From Candidatus Syntropharchaeum caldarium (GTDB taxonomy: Archaea > Halobacteriota > Syntropharchaeia > Syntropharchaeales > Syntropharchaeaceae), in the NCBI GenBank assembly GCA_001766815.1, contig LYOS01000004.1, positions 43,610 to 75,609 on the forward strand: DNA of 32,000 nucleotides. Reading direction: 5' to 3'. The notes below the pieces were generated by a model. The model was not told the origin of the DNA. It did not search any database and worked only from the letters and a program-made list of their open reading frames with translations. The translations under genes and the position numbers were made by a program. Of the stretch, positions 15,049 through 25,543 are shown one piece after another (positions within the stretch are counted from its first letter, which is position 1; the number at the start of each line of letters is the position of its first letter).

Positions 15049-17244
15049 ATGATTCAGAGTGCACTCGACCACTGGGCTGATATATCGAAGCGATACTACG
15101 CTGTGATCATCATAGCAGCACTCATCACAGCAGCCATCTCATACGTGGGCGCGAGTGAGGCTGAGATCGATACCGACTATTACGGCTTCTTCTATCCAGA
15201 GACAAGATACATGGAAGAGATCAGATACATACAGTCGGAGTTTCCAGGGACTGCAACGATACTGATACTGATCGAGGCGGATCGGATAAATGCCAGGACG
15301 GTGCTTGAGGAAGATATGCTCACAATGACCCGGGATCTCGTCGAGGCGGTCTCTGGTATCGAGGGTGTCCAGGAGGTTAAGAGCGTTCTCGATCTTGGAA
15401 GTTCAAAGGAAGAGATCCTATCGAGTCCACTTGAGTATCGAGGTCTGTACATCGATAAAGAACTCAAATACTCGCTTGTTACAGTAGAACTTGATGCGAA
15501 GGAGGTACCAGAAGACGCTGTGCTTGTTGAGACATTCCAGAAAACGGTCGATAAGGTGGATAAGGTTGGAGGGTCCGATGTTACGATAACAGGACTTCTG
15601 ACATGGGGTTACGCATGGGACAAATCGATAAGATATGGACTCAGAAGTTCGCTCATGGTTGGTTTTGCAGCGATCTTTTTTGTCCTGTTACTTATATTCA
15701 AACGGATCACAACACCATTTGTAATTTTAATTCCGGTCTCAATCGCGGTTCTTGCAAGCTTCGGATTGATGCATACAATCAGGATTCCACTGAACTTCCT
15801 GACAGCAATGTTTGGAACGGTCACGCTGGGACTCGGCGTTGACTATGGAATACATCTCATACACCGCTATCATGAAGAGGTTGCTAAGGGTAACGATCGG
15901 GCGCTGAACAAAGCGTGCATGATGATCGGGCGAAACACACTCGTGACAGGGGTCACAACGATGGCAGCATTCTCCTCGATGGCGATGTCACCGATCAGGA
16001 TGGTCGTTGAGTACGGAATTATGTCTTTTATCGCAATCTCATTCTCTGCACTTGCGATATTTCTCTTCATGCCGTCACTCCTGCTTCTTGAAGAACGGAT
16101 TGGTGTAAAACAGATGAATATCTCCAACTTTTCAAACATGCTTGGAGTGGAACGCATAATCCCAAAAACAATGGAAAAAATCTCTGATTTCTCGATAAAA
16201 CGAACCATGGGTGCTGTCATCATCATTGGAATAACACTCATCCCGATCGCGATGGGGATTAGCGCACTTACAAGTGAGAGTGATCAGGATATGTGGATGC
16301 CCGAGGATGATCCCACGATGGTTGCATGGCGAATCGTGGATGATGAGTTCACAGATTATGAGTATTCAACGATCCTCGTCAGAGCAGATGACATCAGAAC
16401 GCCTGAGATTCTGCACGCGATGGTAGAGATTGAGGAGAGTGTGGAAGATGTCCCAGGCGTTGTTGAGGTCATGGGGATCAACAACGTCATCGGCGTAATA
16501 CCGAATTCCAAAACCGAGCTTGAAGATCTGATTGCATCAATACCAGCAGAAACCAGGGAGAAGTTTGTCAATCACGACTATACAGCATCGCTCCTCATCA
16601 TAAAGACTGATACCGAGATCGATGAAGCTCTTGTCCGGCAGATTGATGATGCAATACTCTATGTTGAGACACCGGCTGATGCGACATTTGAGCATGCAAG
16701 CTTTTCAACATTATTTGCCCAGATGGAAAGTATGATGGAAGAGACAAGGGGTAAAACAACCATGATAAGCATTATCGCCGTCCTTGCGATCCTTTTTACA
16801 TTCTTCAGAAGTCTGTTCAGGATATTACTTGCATTCTCACCTGTGCTTTTTGCGATAATCTATACCATCGGGATAATGGGACTTATGGGAATTCCATACA
16901 CCCCTTTAACCGTCATAATCGCAACGATCCTTGTCGGGCTCGGTACAGACTATGCCGTGCATTTTATCGCCAGATTAAGAGAAGAGCGGGAGAAGGGGTC
17001 TGATGTGCGGGAGGCGCTGCACATAACAACGCTCAATGTGGGCGAGGCGGTCGTGATATCAACCTGCACCACGATGTTCGGATTCCTATCGCTCATAACC
17101 GTTGATCTCATTCCAGTACAGCAGTTTGGTATAATCGCAGCCATTGGACTCATCTATGCTGCATTCTTCACACCTGTACTCGTCTCGATCGGATCTATCG
17201 CGCAGGATAGGATCTTATCCGGTCTAAAATCGATCATTGTCTGA
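15049..17244 (+). CDS. RND-superfamily exporter, MMPL/HAE3 type (COG1033)
   Basis: 731 aa in two halves, each a large soluble loop plus a TM bundle. The MMPL-type motif is duplicated: GLGVDYGIHLIHRYHEE and GLGTDYAVHFIARLREE. Confidence 0.8.
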   Translation: MIQSALDHWADISKRYYAVIIIAALITAAISYVGASEAEIDTDYYGFFYPETRYMEEIRYIQSEFPGTATILILIEADRINARTVLEEDMLTMTRDLVEAVSGIEGVQEVKSVLDLGSSKEEILSSPLEYRGLYIDKELKYSLVTVELDAKEVPEDAVLVETFQKTVDKVDKVGGSDVTITGLLTWGYAWDKSIRYGLRSSLMVGFAAIFFVLLLIFKRITTPFVILIPVSIAVLASFGLMHTIRIPLNFLTAMFGTVTLGLGVDYGIHLIHRYHEEVAKGNDRALNKACMMIGRNTLVTGVTTMAAFSSMAMSPIRMVVEYGIMSFIAISFSALAIFLFMPSLLLLEERIGVKQMNISNFSNMLGVERIIPKTMEKISDFSIKRTMGAVIIIGITLIPIAMGISALTSESDQDMWMPEDDPTMVAWRIVDDEFTDYEYSTILVRADDIRTPEILHAMVEIEESVEDVPGVVEVMGINNVIGVIPNSKTELEDLIASIPAETREKFVNHDYTASLLIIKTDTEIDEALVRQIDDAILYVETPADATFEHASFSTLFAQMESMMEETRGKTTMISIIAVLAILFTFFRSLFRILLAFSPVLFAIIYTIGIMGLMGIPYTPLTVIIATILVGLGTDYAVHFIARLREEREKGSDVREALHITTLNVGEAVVISTCTTMFGFLSLITVDLIPVQQFGIIAAIGLIYAAFFTPVLVSIGSIAQDRILSGLKSIIV

Positions 17245-17292
17245 GCTCCTGACATCTTACCTGGATCTCTATTCAGCACAGAGGAAGGATGG

Positions 17293-18423
17293 TCAGGGAA
17301 TATACACGTACTCAGCATCCCTGCAAGGAGCTTCATAGACGCTATGATATACCTCCATATGCTTCCTGGCTATAATATCCCATCTTAGATTACTTTTAAC
17401 ATACTTCCTTATGTTACTGGAAAGATATGCAGCATATTTATCATCTTCGAGTATGCGAGATATCGAATCAATATATTCATCATCGCTTGTGGCAATAATT
17501 CCACCTCCGCTCTTCTCAGCTATGTTCTTAAACGAATCGAGGTCAGATGCTACAAAAGGTTTCTTAAATGCCATGACCTGTGTCAGCATGCCACTCTGAG
17601 CTCCAGCAGTATAAGGAAATGGTACGACATCTGCTGCTGAGATTATCGTATCGAATGTTTTTTGAGGGAATTGACCACAAAAAACCTTAATGTTATCTCT
17701 CACAGGCGAGCGATCTATCTCATCAAAGAAATTATTTCTCTCTTCACTATACTCCACCATCCTCATCTTACTGGCAACTACAAGTGTGGCTTCAGGAACT
17801 CGCTTTACAATCTCGGGGAATATCTTAACGATCCTTGAAAATCCTTTGGTTGGTCTGAAATATCCTGGGAGCAGGACGACTTTCTTCCCTGATAAACCCA
17901 GGATGTCCTTTGCATCTTTAACTGGTTCAAGATCTCTTACCCCATGTGGGATGACAAAGATAGGTTCATAATTATCAAACGTTGACCTTATAACCTCCCG
18001 CTGATACGCCTCATGCACAATAACAGCGTCGCTCCCCCTTATCAGAGGATCCAAGATTATTTTGTGTTCCCTGGGAATGTCTCTGTAGATGGTATGAATG
18101 GTTGTAACGACCGGTACTCCTCCAATTCGCAAGCTGTATAGAAGAGGGATGATGTTCACCCCGAATCTTGGACCATAGAGGCCAAATTCATGCTGAATAT
18201 GGACAACATCCGGCGTAAACCTGGTCAGCACATTGAATATTCTATCAGCAAGATCCGGATCACTGCTGTTGAATGCTCCAAAGACGTTCTCACCTCTGCC
18301 ACCATGCTGGGATACCACATATATCTCATTCGATTCTGCTCTTAGTGGCTCTACCAGATTACTGCAATATGTGGCGATTCCACATTCTATTGGGGGGTAT
18401 GTAGAGACAAAGCATATCCTCAT
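17293..18423 (-). CDS. Glycosyltransferase, GT4 family (GT-B fold)
   Basis: N-terminus MRICFVSTYPPIECGIATY is typical of GT4 mannosyl/glucosyltransferases. A C-terminal nucleotide-sugar binding region is present (PYTAGAQSGMLTQVMAFKKPFVASD). It starts 1 nt after the GH130 stop. Confidence 0.8.
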   Translation of the reverse strand: MRICFVSTYPPIECGIATYCSNLVEPLRAESNEIYVVSQHGGRGENVFGAFNSSDPDLADRIFNVLTRFTPDVVHIQHEFGLYGPRFGVNIIPLLYSLRIGGVPVVTTIHTIYRDIPREHKIILDPLIRGSDAVIVHEAYQREVIRSTFDNYEPIFVIPHGVRDLEPVKDAKDILGLSGKKVVLLPGYFRPTKGFSRIVKIFPEIVKRVPEATLVVASKMRMVEYSEERNNFFDEIDRSPVRDNIKVFCGQFPQKTFDTIISAADVVPFPYTAGAQSGMLTQVMAFKKPFVASDLDSFKNIAEKSGGGIIATSDDEYIDSISRILEDDKYAAYLSSNIRKYVKSNLRWDIIARKHMEVYHSVYEAPCRDAEYVYIP

Positions 18424-18424
18424 A

Positions 18425-19378
18425 TCAATCTTCCCGACCTACAGATCTAAGTAAGTCTTCTATTCTAACCCATCCAAGGCAGATACTGGTATCTGCAGCA
18501 CCATAATATATATTAACCACGCCCCTATCATAGTCAATATTTCCTTCTTCATCTTTATCATAGTTCACTATAACACCGCATGTAAATACAACATTGGGAA
18601 CATCACCCACTCTTTCATAAAATTCAAATGGCGATAAAATCGGTCTCGATGAACGACCTATTAATTTTGATGGGTCATTCAGGTCAAAGAGTGCACACCC
18701 CAGCCGATATATGTTTCCGCTTGCGGTACTTTTGACACCATGGTAGATCTCCAGCCACCCCTTCGTTGTTCTAAAAGGAGTGGCACCGGCTCCCAGTCTG
18801 TCTCCATCCCAGTAGCCAGGTCTGGTCGTCATCACGGCCTTGGCATTTCCCCAGTAGATCAGATCCTTGGAATATGAGATCCACATGTTAGCACGACTGC
18901 TTGTAACCGGGCGATCCAGGCGCACATAATATCCATTGAACTTCTCAGGAAATAGCGCGGCATCCTTATTATCAGGCTCGGATATGAGTCCCATTCTTTC
19001 AAATTTGACAAAATCCTTTGTTTTTGCTATCGCCAGTCTTGGACTGTGCTCTGAATATGCTGTATATACGATATAATATGTATCATCGATCTTCGTTATT
19101 CTTGGATCTTCTATTCCCCGCTTCTCGTACGTTTTGAAGGGTTCTTCATTTGAGGGAAACATAACTGGCTTTTTTTGTATTGAAAAATGAATGCCATCAT
19201 GGCTTTCAGCCAGCACAAATACAGATCTGCCCGATAACGTCTCAACCCGCAAGAGGAGAATATACTTATCTTTGTACATCGTGGCGCCCGCATTAAAAAC
19301 GGTATTGCATGGAAACGGTATGTCAATAAGCGTGATAATAGGGTTCTGTTTATACCTTTCAACAATATCGTAAGACAT
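18425..19378 (-). CDS. GH130-family glycoside phosphorylase/hydrolase (DUF377, beta-mannoside-acting family)
   Basis: Five-bladed-propeller family hallmarks: NPII, FNAGA..Y.ILLLRVE, GIEDPRIT.IDD.YYI.YTAY, DKDAALFPEK, W.I.HGV, YYGAADT. SD GGGGAGGAG lies upstream of the ATG. Confidence 0.8.
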   Translation of the reverse strand: MSYDIVERYKQNPIITLIDIPFPCNTVFNAGATMYKDKYILLLRVETLSGRSVFVLAESHDGIHFSIQKKPVMFPSNEEPFKTYEKRGIEDPRITKIDDTYYIVYTAYSEHSPRLAIAKTKDFVKFERMGLISEPDNKDAALFPEKFNGYYVRLDRPVTSSRANMWISYSKDLIYWGNAKAVMTTRPGYWDGDRLGAGATPFRTTKGWLEIYHGVKSTASGNIYRLGCALFDLNDPSKLIGRSSRPILSPFEFYERVGDVPNVVFTCGVIVNYDKDEEGNIDYDRGVVNIYYGAADTSICLGWVRIEDLLRSVGRED

Positions 19379-19533
19379 CTTTTTCTCCTCCCCATATTAA
19401 ATGATACTTCCCACACCAACCAGAGATGCAACTTCTTTTGAAACTCTATCACAATACTGGTTATATGGCTTGTTATTTTTTTGATTTATATGCCTTTCCT
19501 CTTTTTAACCGTTGCAGTCAGGACATTTACAAC

Positions 19534-20010
19534 TTACAGAAGGGTTGAGACGCTACCAGCATAGAGTATGAATGCCAACCCGCCGAGTATCATTAAATTT
19601 TCATTCACACTTTTATCGCTTGCTTTGCAGAGACCGAATCCAACTTCAATCGATGAAAATGGCCATAACGGCTTAAACGAATGAGAAGTAAGCGAATCAC
19701 CTATTAAATGAGATATTATTCCAAGAAAGCCACCCAGAAAACCTGTGACAAACCACGAGGGGGTTTCATATCCATAATAAAAAATTCCCCCCACCAGAGT
19801 GCCTACCATCATTGCAAAGAGCAGACTGTGCGTCACGCCTCTATGATGGACTGGTATCCCGCTTCGCTGCCACTCTAAATCTATGTCTGGAAGGGTGGAT
19901 ACCCCTGATGCAAGCCCAATCAAGAAAAATGCGTTTGCATTCTCTCCAAAAGGCAACATCAGGAGTGAGAGCATGAGCAGAGTCAAACCTATGTGTCCCT
20001 TTGCATACAT
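19534..20010 (-). CDS. Membrane-bound metal-dependent hydrolase (YdjM/DUF457 family)
   Basis: About four hydrophobic helices, with HRGVTHSL and SHLIGDSLT His/Asp motifs typical of DUF457. Confidence 0.65.
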   Translation of the reverse strand: MYAKGHIGLTLLMLSLLMLPFGENANAFFLIGLASGVSTLPDIDLEWQRSGIPVHHRGVTHSLLFAMMVGTLVGGIFYYGYETPSWFVTGFLGGFLGIISHLIGDSLTSHSFKPLWPFSSIEVGFGLCKASDKSVNENLMILGGLAFILYAGSVSTLL

Positions 20011-20055
20011 CTCAATTATACCCTATACGGGATCTGATCCGCTTCTCTCGAGATC

Positions 20056-21273
20056 TCACATCCGCTCAACAATCTCCTTTGCAAACTCACTTGTCTTAAG
20101 AAGTGTTGCACCCTCCATCTGTCGTTCAAGGTCATAGGTCACCTTCTTTGCAAGAATTGTCTCCTCAAGCGCACGTCTGATAAGATCCGCTGCCTCATTC
20201 CACCCGATGTAATCAAGGAGCATACAACCTGAAAGAATCAACGATGATGGATTTACCTTGTCCATTCCCGCATACTTAGGTGCTGTTCCATGCGTTGCCT
20301 CAAAGACCGCAATCCAGTCCCCGATATTTGCCCCTGGCGCCATACCCAGACCTCCAACCTGTGCGGCCAGTGCATCAGAGATGTAATCGCCGTTGAGGTT
20401 TGGTGTTGCGATCACATCATACTCATCCGGTCTCAGGAGTATCTGCTGGAACATCTGGTCTGCGATTCGGTCCTTGATCACGATCTTACCCTCAGGAAGA
20501 ACACCATCGTACTTCTCATACAGCACATCCTCGCTTATCACGGTATCTGGGAATTCTTCTGCTGCAACCTCATATCCCCATGCCCTGAACGCCCCTTCGG
20601 TGTACTTCATGATGTTGCCCTTGTGCATCAGCGTGACACTCTTTTTTCCGTGCTTGATTGCATACCCTATCGCTGCTCTAACAAGCTGTTTTGTGCACTT
20701 TTCGCTGATTGGTTTTATACCGATCCCTGCATCCGTACTTATCTCAACGTCAAGTTCAGATTTTAGAAACGCCCGTACTTTTGCTGCCTCAGGGCTCGTA
20801 TTTTCCCACTCGATCCCAGCATAAACGTCTTCCATGTTCTCCCTGAATACAACCATATCAACCTTTTCAGGCTCTCTCACGGGTGCTGGAACGCCTTTTA
20901 TGTATTTGACTGGTCTTATACAGGAGTAGAGGTTGAGTTCCTGGCGGAGTGTGACATTGAGGCTCCTGAAGCCTTTTCCAACAGGGGTTGTAAGTGGACC
21001 TTTTAGGGCAACGATATGCTCCCTTATCGCATCGAGTGTCGCTGAAGGTAAATTCTCTCCATAAACTTTCAGTGCCTTCTCGCCCGCAAAGATCTCAAGC
21101 CACACAAGCTTTCGATTGCCGCCGTACGCTTTCTCAACCGCCTTATCCATCACAAGCTGGGTTGCAGCCATAACATCAGGTCCTATTCCATCCCCTTCAA
21201 TGAACGGAATGACCGGATTATCAGGAACAATCAGTTCCCCATTTTCAACCCTGATCTTCTCCCCTTCGCTCAT
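20056..21273 (-). CDS. icd: Isocitrate dehydrogenase (NADP-type, prokaryotic homodimeric family)
   Basis: Motifs [19 protein letters not shown] and [35 protein letters not shown] lies inside the end of aclA, and start/stop overlap by 4 nt. Confidence 0.9.
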   Translation of the reverse strand: MSEGEKIRVENGELIVPDNPVIPFIEGDGIGPDVMAATQLVMDKAVEKAYGGNRKLVWLEIFAGEKALKVYGENLPSATLDAIREHIVALKGPLTTPVGKGFRSLNVTLRQELNLYSCIRPVKYIKGVPAPVREPEKVDMVVFRENMEDVYAGIEWENTSPEAAKVRAFLKSELDVEISTDAGIGIKPISEKCTKQLVRAAIGYAIKHGKKSVTLMHKGNIMKYTEGAFRAWGYEVAAEEFPDTVISEDVLYEKYDGVLPEGKIVIKDRIADQMFQQILLRPDEYDVIATPNLNGDYISDALAAQVGGLGMAPGANIGDWIAVFEATHGTAPKYAGMDKVNPSSLILSGCMLLDYIGWNEAADLIRRALEETILAKKVTYDLERQMEGATLLKTSEFAKEIVERM

Positions 21274-23111
21274 TTACCTCCCTCCCTTGCAAGGTAGAGT
21301 ATGTCATCCTGTGGATGTCTGTAAAGCCGCTCTTTCAGTCTGTACTGATCCAGAGCATGTCCAATAAGCCCAATTGATCTTCCAAGCACGAATAAACCGT
21401 TAAGGTAACCGAGATCAACAACCTCCTGGATCTCCTCTTCTGTAAAGACACCTGAGCTCTTCATAAGATCCAGGAAGAGGACACCAATGCATCCATCGAC
21501 GTTCAGGATCAGGTTGTTCTTCTTTGCGGTTGTGACTGCTTCTACCTGGAGTGCGTAGTCGAGATATTCGGTAGATGGAAAAGTCTCCCTTGCATACTTT
21601 ACAAGCAGCTCGACGCGTTTATCGGGATTCTGAACACTCTTTATCCGATGCCCTATCCCTGGTATGTTGATATTTTTCTGTTTCATCTCGCGGACAAACG
21701 CTTCTGGTTTCAATCCTCGATTATAGGCATCCCTGAAGTACTTTGCAGCGTCGTTTATCGCACCGCCAAACCTGGGACCGATCGTCAAAACGCCACTAAC
21801 AAGTGATGAGACCAGATCCTTGCCTGCACGAGCTGCAACGATCGTATTATGCGCACCTGATACCGCAGGCCCATGATCAGCAATCGTCATCAGGACCAGT
21901 TCGATGAAACGAGTTGCGTATGGCGGAAGTTCTTTTTTGAACCAGAGCATACCGATGACATCACCGATTCCCTTGCCCCCCTCAACAAACTCGCTTATCG
22001 GGGTGTTACCGTATGTTGCTTCTTCCCCACGGTCATCAGAGATCGTGCAGATGAAATTCGTGGGTTTTCTGACTAAACCTTCAGAAACAGCCGTATTGTA
22101 GTCGATAGGAATCGGTGGGGGTGTGATCTCCTCACGATCTGGGATTACGCCTTCATTCTTCAGTCGCTCATAAACCTCCCTCAGCCGCTCACCGTAGTCA
22201 TCAAAAGACTCCGGAACGATCGCTCCTGCTTCCTTTAAGGCAGCATTCTTGGCGTCTGCACTCTCAAGTTCCGATCCTGCCATTGCACCGGCGTGCCCGA
22301 ACTGAACCTCACCTGGGAGCACTTTTGCACAGGTTCCCGTAACCCAGATTACAAGCGGTTTCGTGATCTTACCACTTTTGAGGGCATCGACAATCTGATA
22401 CTCATCGAGACCGCCGACCTCCCCGAGGCACGCGATGATCTTAATCTCTGGATTTGCCTCAAAGCGCAGTATGTGGTCGATCAGGGTTGAGCCAGGGAAT
22501 CGATCTCCGCCGATTGCGATCCCTTCAAAAAGACCATCCGTGTTTCTTGCGATTATGTTGTACATCTCATTTGACATCCCGCCTGACTTTGAGACAAAGC
22601 CAACTGAGCCAGGGCGGTGAAGCTTTGACTCGATGATGTTCTCGATCGTTCCAGCAGTATTTCCGATCTTGAACGCCCCTGCCCTAATTCCGCCAACGGT
22701 TGCAGGTCCTATCACCATCTTGTTCTTTTTCTTTGCCTTCGCTATGATCTCACGCGCTCTTCTCTCAGGAACGCCCTCTGCGATGATCACAACAGTCCTT
22801 ATCGACTCAATATCGAGTGCTTCCATCGTTGTAGGGTATGCAGATCTGAAGGATGCAAAATTCACAACGACATCTGCATCCCTATGGTTGGATGCCGCTT
22901 CTTTGAGGTTTGGATAGATCGGTATCAATATCTCATCGGTCCCAAAGAACGCCTTATGTAATCCACGCCTTCCAGGATTTACGATGGCTGCAACCGATGG
23001 TACCTCTCGCCTGCAGGCATAATCAAAATCAAGCATCCGCTGGATTGCGTTTGTTTGAAGACCGTATATTATTGATTTTGTATCTTTTGTGAAAAGTTCA
23101 TAGTCCATCAT
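21270..23111 (-). CDS. aclA: ATP-citrate lyase alpha subunit (CoA-ligase alpha-like domain fused to a citryl-CoA-lyase/citrate-synthase-like domain)
   Basis: 613 aa. The phospho-histidine loop FGHAGAMAG is present. N-terminal Rossmann/CoA-binding part; the C-terminal ~250 aa is citrate-synthase-like (GHRIKS..., HALDQYRL). SD GGAGGA lies upstream. Confidence 0.85.
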   Translation of the reverse strand: MMDYELFTKDTKSIIYGLQTNAIQRMLDFDYACRREVPSVAAIVNPGRRGLHKAFFGTDEILIPIYPNLKEAASNHRDADVVVNFASFRSAYPTTMEALDIESIRTVVIIAEGVPERRAREIIAKAKKKNKMVIGPATVGGIRAGAFKIGNTAGTIENIIESKLHRPGSVGFVSKSGGMSNEMYNIIARNTDGLFEGIAIGGDRFPGSTLIDHILRFEANPEIKIIACLGEVGGLDEYQIVDALKSGKITKPLVIWVTGTCAKVLPGEVQFGHAGAMAGSELESADAKNAALKEAGAIVPESFDDYGERLREVYERLKNEGVIPDREEITPPPIPIDYNTAVSEGLVRKPTNFICTISDDRGEEATYGNTPISEFVEGGKGIGDVIGMLWFKKELPPYATRFIELVLMTIADHGPAVSGAHNTIVAARAGKDLVSSLVSGVLTIGPRFGGAINDAAKYFRDAYNRGLKPEAFVREMKQKNINIPGIGHRIKSVQNPDKRVELLVKYARETFPSTEYLDYALQVEAVTTAKKNNLILNVDGCIGVLFLDLMKSSGVFTEEEIQEVVDLGYLNGLFVLGRSIGLIGHALDQYRLKERLYRHPQDDILYLAREGGK

Positions 23112-23113
23112 TT

Positions 23114-24382
23114 TTATTCCTCCAGTGCCATCTTAACGATCTTTGTCATGTGTGTCTCAGGACCGAATACATGTATCGGAACGCCAATCTCACCCTCAAG
23201 TTCTTTCATGATTCTAAGTCCCTCTTTGTAGTTGGGGCCGCCCCTTCTGACATAGATCTCAACATTCGTCTCCCGCAGCTTCTCGCTATATTCTTTCAAT
23301 GCCTGCACGATCCCCGCGAAGGTCTTCGCAACGTCGGTGAAATTTGCGATTCCGCCTCCTATAAGTAGATACTTCTTTCTACCCTGCGGGTCTTTCTTTC
23401 GGGTCATAAGGTCAAGTAATGTCTTTGCATAGATGTACGTCTCATCTTTTGTCGGATTTCCGCTGTACTCACCGTAGTTTGCAAGTTCAGTCCCAAATCC
23501 TAAGTCTGAAACCGTGTCTGCGTAGATAACACTCGCACCACCGCCTGCAACCATCGTCCATACCCTGCCCTCTGGATTTAAAATTGTGAGCTTCAATGAT
23601 GCGCCACTTTTTTCATCAAGTGATGCGATAAGCTTCTCTTCCGGTGTGAGCCCCTGTCCAAATGGTGGAGGGAAATCAATATCCTTCCACTTATCTCCCA
23701 TCTCAAATGCAGCTGTATCGTCGAGTTTCGCAACCATATCAAGCGGAATTACCTGCCCCTCTTTGAGTGTGAATGGATTTATCTCGAGGAATGTGAAGCC
23801 AAAATCACAGAATAGTCTGTATAGCGCCTCGATGAACTCTGCAACCAGATCACGCCCATCAAAATCAGGAAGTTTGCCTGCTATATTTATCTCACCAACC
23901 TCATCGCCAACTGGAATTTCGATACTGGTCACTTTATCCCAGTTCTCTTCGATCTCAACACCACCCATAGTTGAGAAATGGATCATATCTTTTTCCCGTT
24001 CTGTTTCTATCGCAAGGTAGTATTCCTCTTCGTGTGCAACATATGGTTCGACAAGAAAATGAGTCAGGATGCCAGTTGCACCACCAATATCGATCGTCTT
24101 ACCCATATTTTCTGCTATGAATCGATCCGCTTCTTCAAGAGATGCATCGAGAAGGAGTAGTCCGCTCTTACCCCGCTTCCCGAATAGCTGGTCTGGCTTT
24201 ACAACAAGTTTCTCCTCTTTGAGCCATTCATAGCCAGGTTTTCTGGCATAATCTGATAAATTTTCACCTTCACCAATCAAGACAAGCTTTGATGAAAGCT
24301 CAATTTTATTATTTGAATAGTTACCAATATTTTCTGCGATCAACTTTTTTGCGGTAAATTCTCTAATTCCCCGTTGTGCCAT
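23114..24382 (-). CDS. aclB: ATP-citrate lyase beta subunit (ATP-grasp, succinyl-CoA-synthetase-beta-like)
   Basis: About 422 aa starting MAQRGIREFTAKKLIAEN. GGAGGT lies 8 nt upstream of ATG 24382; the track TTG 24415 adds 11 residues. ATP-grasp-like with a C-terminal citrate-binding domain. It ends 2 nt before aclA. Confidence 0.85.
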   Translation of the reverse strand: MAQRGIREFTAKKLIAENIGNYSNNKIELSSKLVLIGEGENLSDYARKPGYEWLKEEKLVVKPDQLFGKRGKSGLLLLDASLEEADRFIAENMGKTIDIGGATGILTHFLVEPYVAHEEEYYLAIETEREKDMIHFSTMGGVEIEENWDKVTSIEIPVGDEVGEINIAGKLPDFDGRDLVAEFIEALYRLFCDFGFTFLEINPFTLKEGQVIPLDMVAKLDDTAAFEMGDKWKDIDFPPPFGQGLTPEEKLIASLDEKSGASLKLTILNPEGRVWTMVAGGGASVIYADTVSDLGFGTELANYGEYSGNPTKDETYIYAKTLLDLMTRKKDPQGRKKYLLIGGGIANFTDVAKTFAGIVQALKEYSEKLRETNVEIYVRRGGPNYKEGLRIMKELEGEIGVPIHVFGPETHMTKIVKMALEE

Positions 24383-24495
24383 TTTCTCAAACCTCCAGCA
24401 TAAAATCTTGGTCAAATTTTTTAAAGGTTTCTATTTAATATTAGTTTACCAGCGCAGAAGGGTAGCGATACACACCTGCGGAATCAAAATCAGAG

Positions 24496-24511
24496 AAGGA
24501 AAACTTTATAT
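24496..24511 (+). promoter_or_regulatory. Candidate BRE/TATA promoter of the ribosomal-protein operon
   Basis: AAGGAAAACTTTATAT lies about 65 nt upstream of the L3 ATG. An AGGA SD-like motif is at 24564-24567. Confidence 0.45.
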
Positions 24512-24574
24512 CTGGTATCAAACCTGAGAGATTTACATATTGAAGTTCCAATAGTCTATTATGAGGAAATATAA

Positions 24575-25543
24575 ATGGTGGACAGACATCGACCAAGACG
24601 TGGATCGTTGGGTTACAGCCCACGTAAGCGTGCAAAGAGCCAGATCCCACGCCTTAGAACAAAATCTACCAGGGGAATCGGTAAGTCTCCTATCGTTGAG
24701 TTCAGTGGATATAAGGCAGGAATGACACACGTTATTATGATTGAGGATGAATCAAACTCTCCAAATGCCGGGATGGAAATTGCCACACCTGTCACGGTGA
24801 TTGAAGCGCCGCCTATGAAGATCGCTGGCATCCGTGCTTATGGGAAGACGGTGTACGGAAGACGCGCCGTGATGGAGGCATGGGCAGACCATCGAGATCT
24901 GGAAGGTTCACTTGATGCTATCTCAGCTGGGATTGAGGATGGTAGAGTCGTTGAACTTCGTGCCATCACCTCAACACAGCCCGCACTTGTGAGTGGTATT
25001 GGGCGTAAGAAGCCAGAGTTCATGGAGCAAAGAGTTGAAGGAGACCTAAGGGAGACGTTTGAGTACCTCAGATCCAACATTGGAAAGGAGATTGAGATTT
25101 CAAGTGTATTTGAGGAGGGTGAGATGGTTGATGTCATCGCTATCACAAAAGGAAAGGGAACACAGGGTCCTGTTAAGCGATGGGGAACGATGATTCAGGA
25201 TCGGAAAGCTACAAGATCGAGCAAATCGCGGCATATCGGAACACTTGGTCCATGGTTTCCACACAGAGTTAGGTGGACAGTCCCACAGCTTGGGCAGACA
25301 GGGTACCATCAGCGAACAGAATATAATAAGCGATTGCTCAAGCTTGGAAGTACAGCGGATGATATAAACCCAAACGGTGGTTTCCCGCATTACGGACTTG
25401 TCAGAAACGATTATATTTTGCTCAAGGGTAGCGTACCTGGACCACGAAAACGATTGATCCGGGTGCGTCATGCGATAAGATCAGATACACCTACCATGGG
25501 CGCACCTAAAATTACTTACATCAGCAGGGAGTCGAAGCAGTAA
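24575..25543 (+). CDS. rpl3: 50S ribosomal protein L3 (uL3)
   Basis: N-terminus HRPRRGSLGYSPRKRA, plus ITKGKGTQGPVKRWG. Confidence 0.95.
   Translation: MVDRHRPRRGSLGYSPRKRAKSQIPRLRTKSTRGIGKSPIVEFSGYKAGMTHVIMIEDESNSPNAGMEIATPVTVIEAPPMKIAGIRAYGKTVYGRRAVMEAWADHRDLEGSLDAISAGIEDGRVVELRAITSTQPALVSGIGRKKPEFMEQRVEGDLRETFEYLRSNIGKEIEISSVFEEGEMVDVIAITKGKGTQGPVKRWGTMIQDRKATRSSKSRHIGTLGPWFPHRVRWTVPQLGQTGYHQRTEYNKRLLKLGSTADDINPNGGFPHYGLVRNDYILLKGSVPGPRKRLIRVRHAIRSDTPTMGAPKITYISRESKQ

Noticed and set aside
20290-20824. Two plus-strand ORFs (158 and 143 aa) inside icd
   Set aside because: They are antisense shadows of a highly conserved isocitrate dehydrogenase gene, with no motifs.
23586-24020. 144-aa plus-strand ORF inside aclB
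   Set aside because: It is a Ser-rich antisense shadow ORF. The minus strand encodes a clear ATP-grasp ACL subunit.
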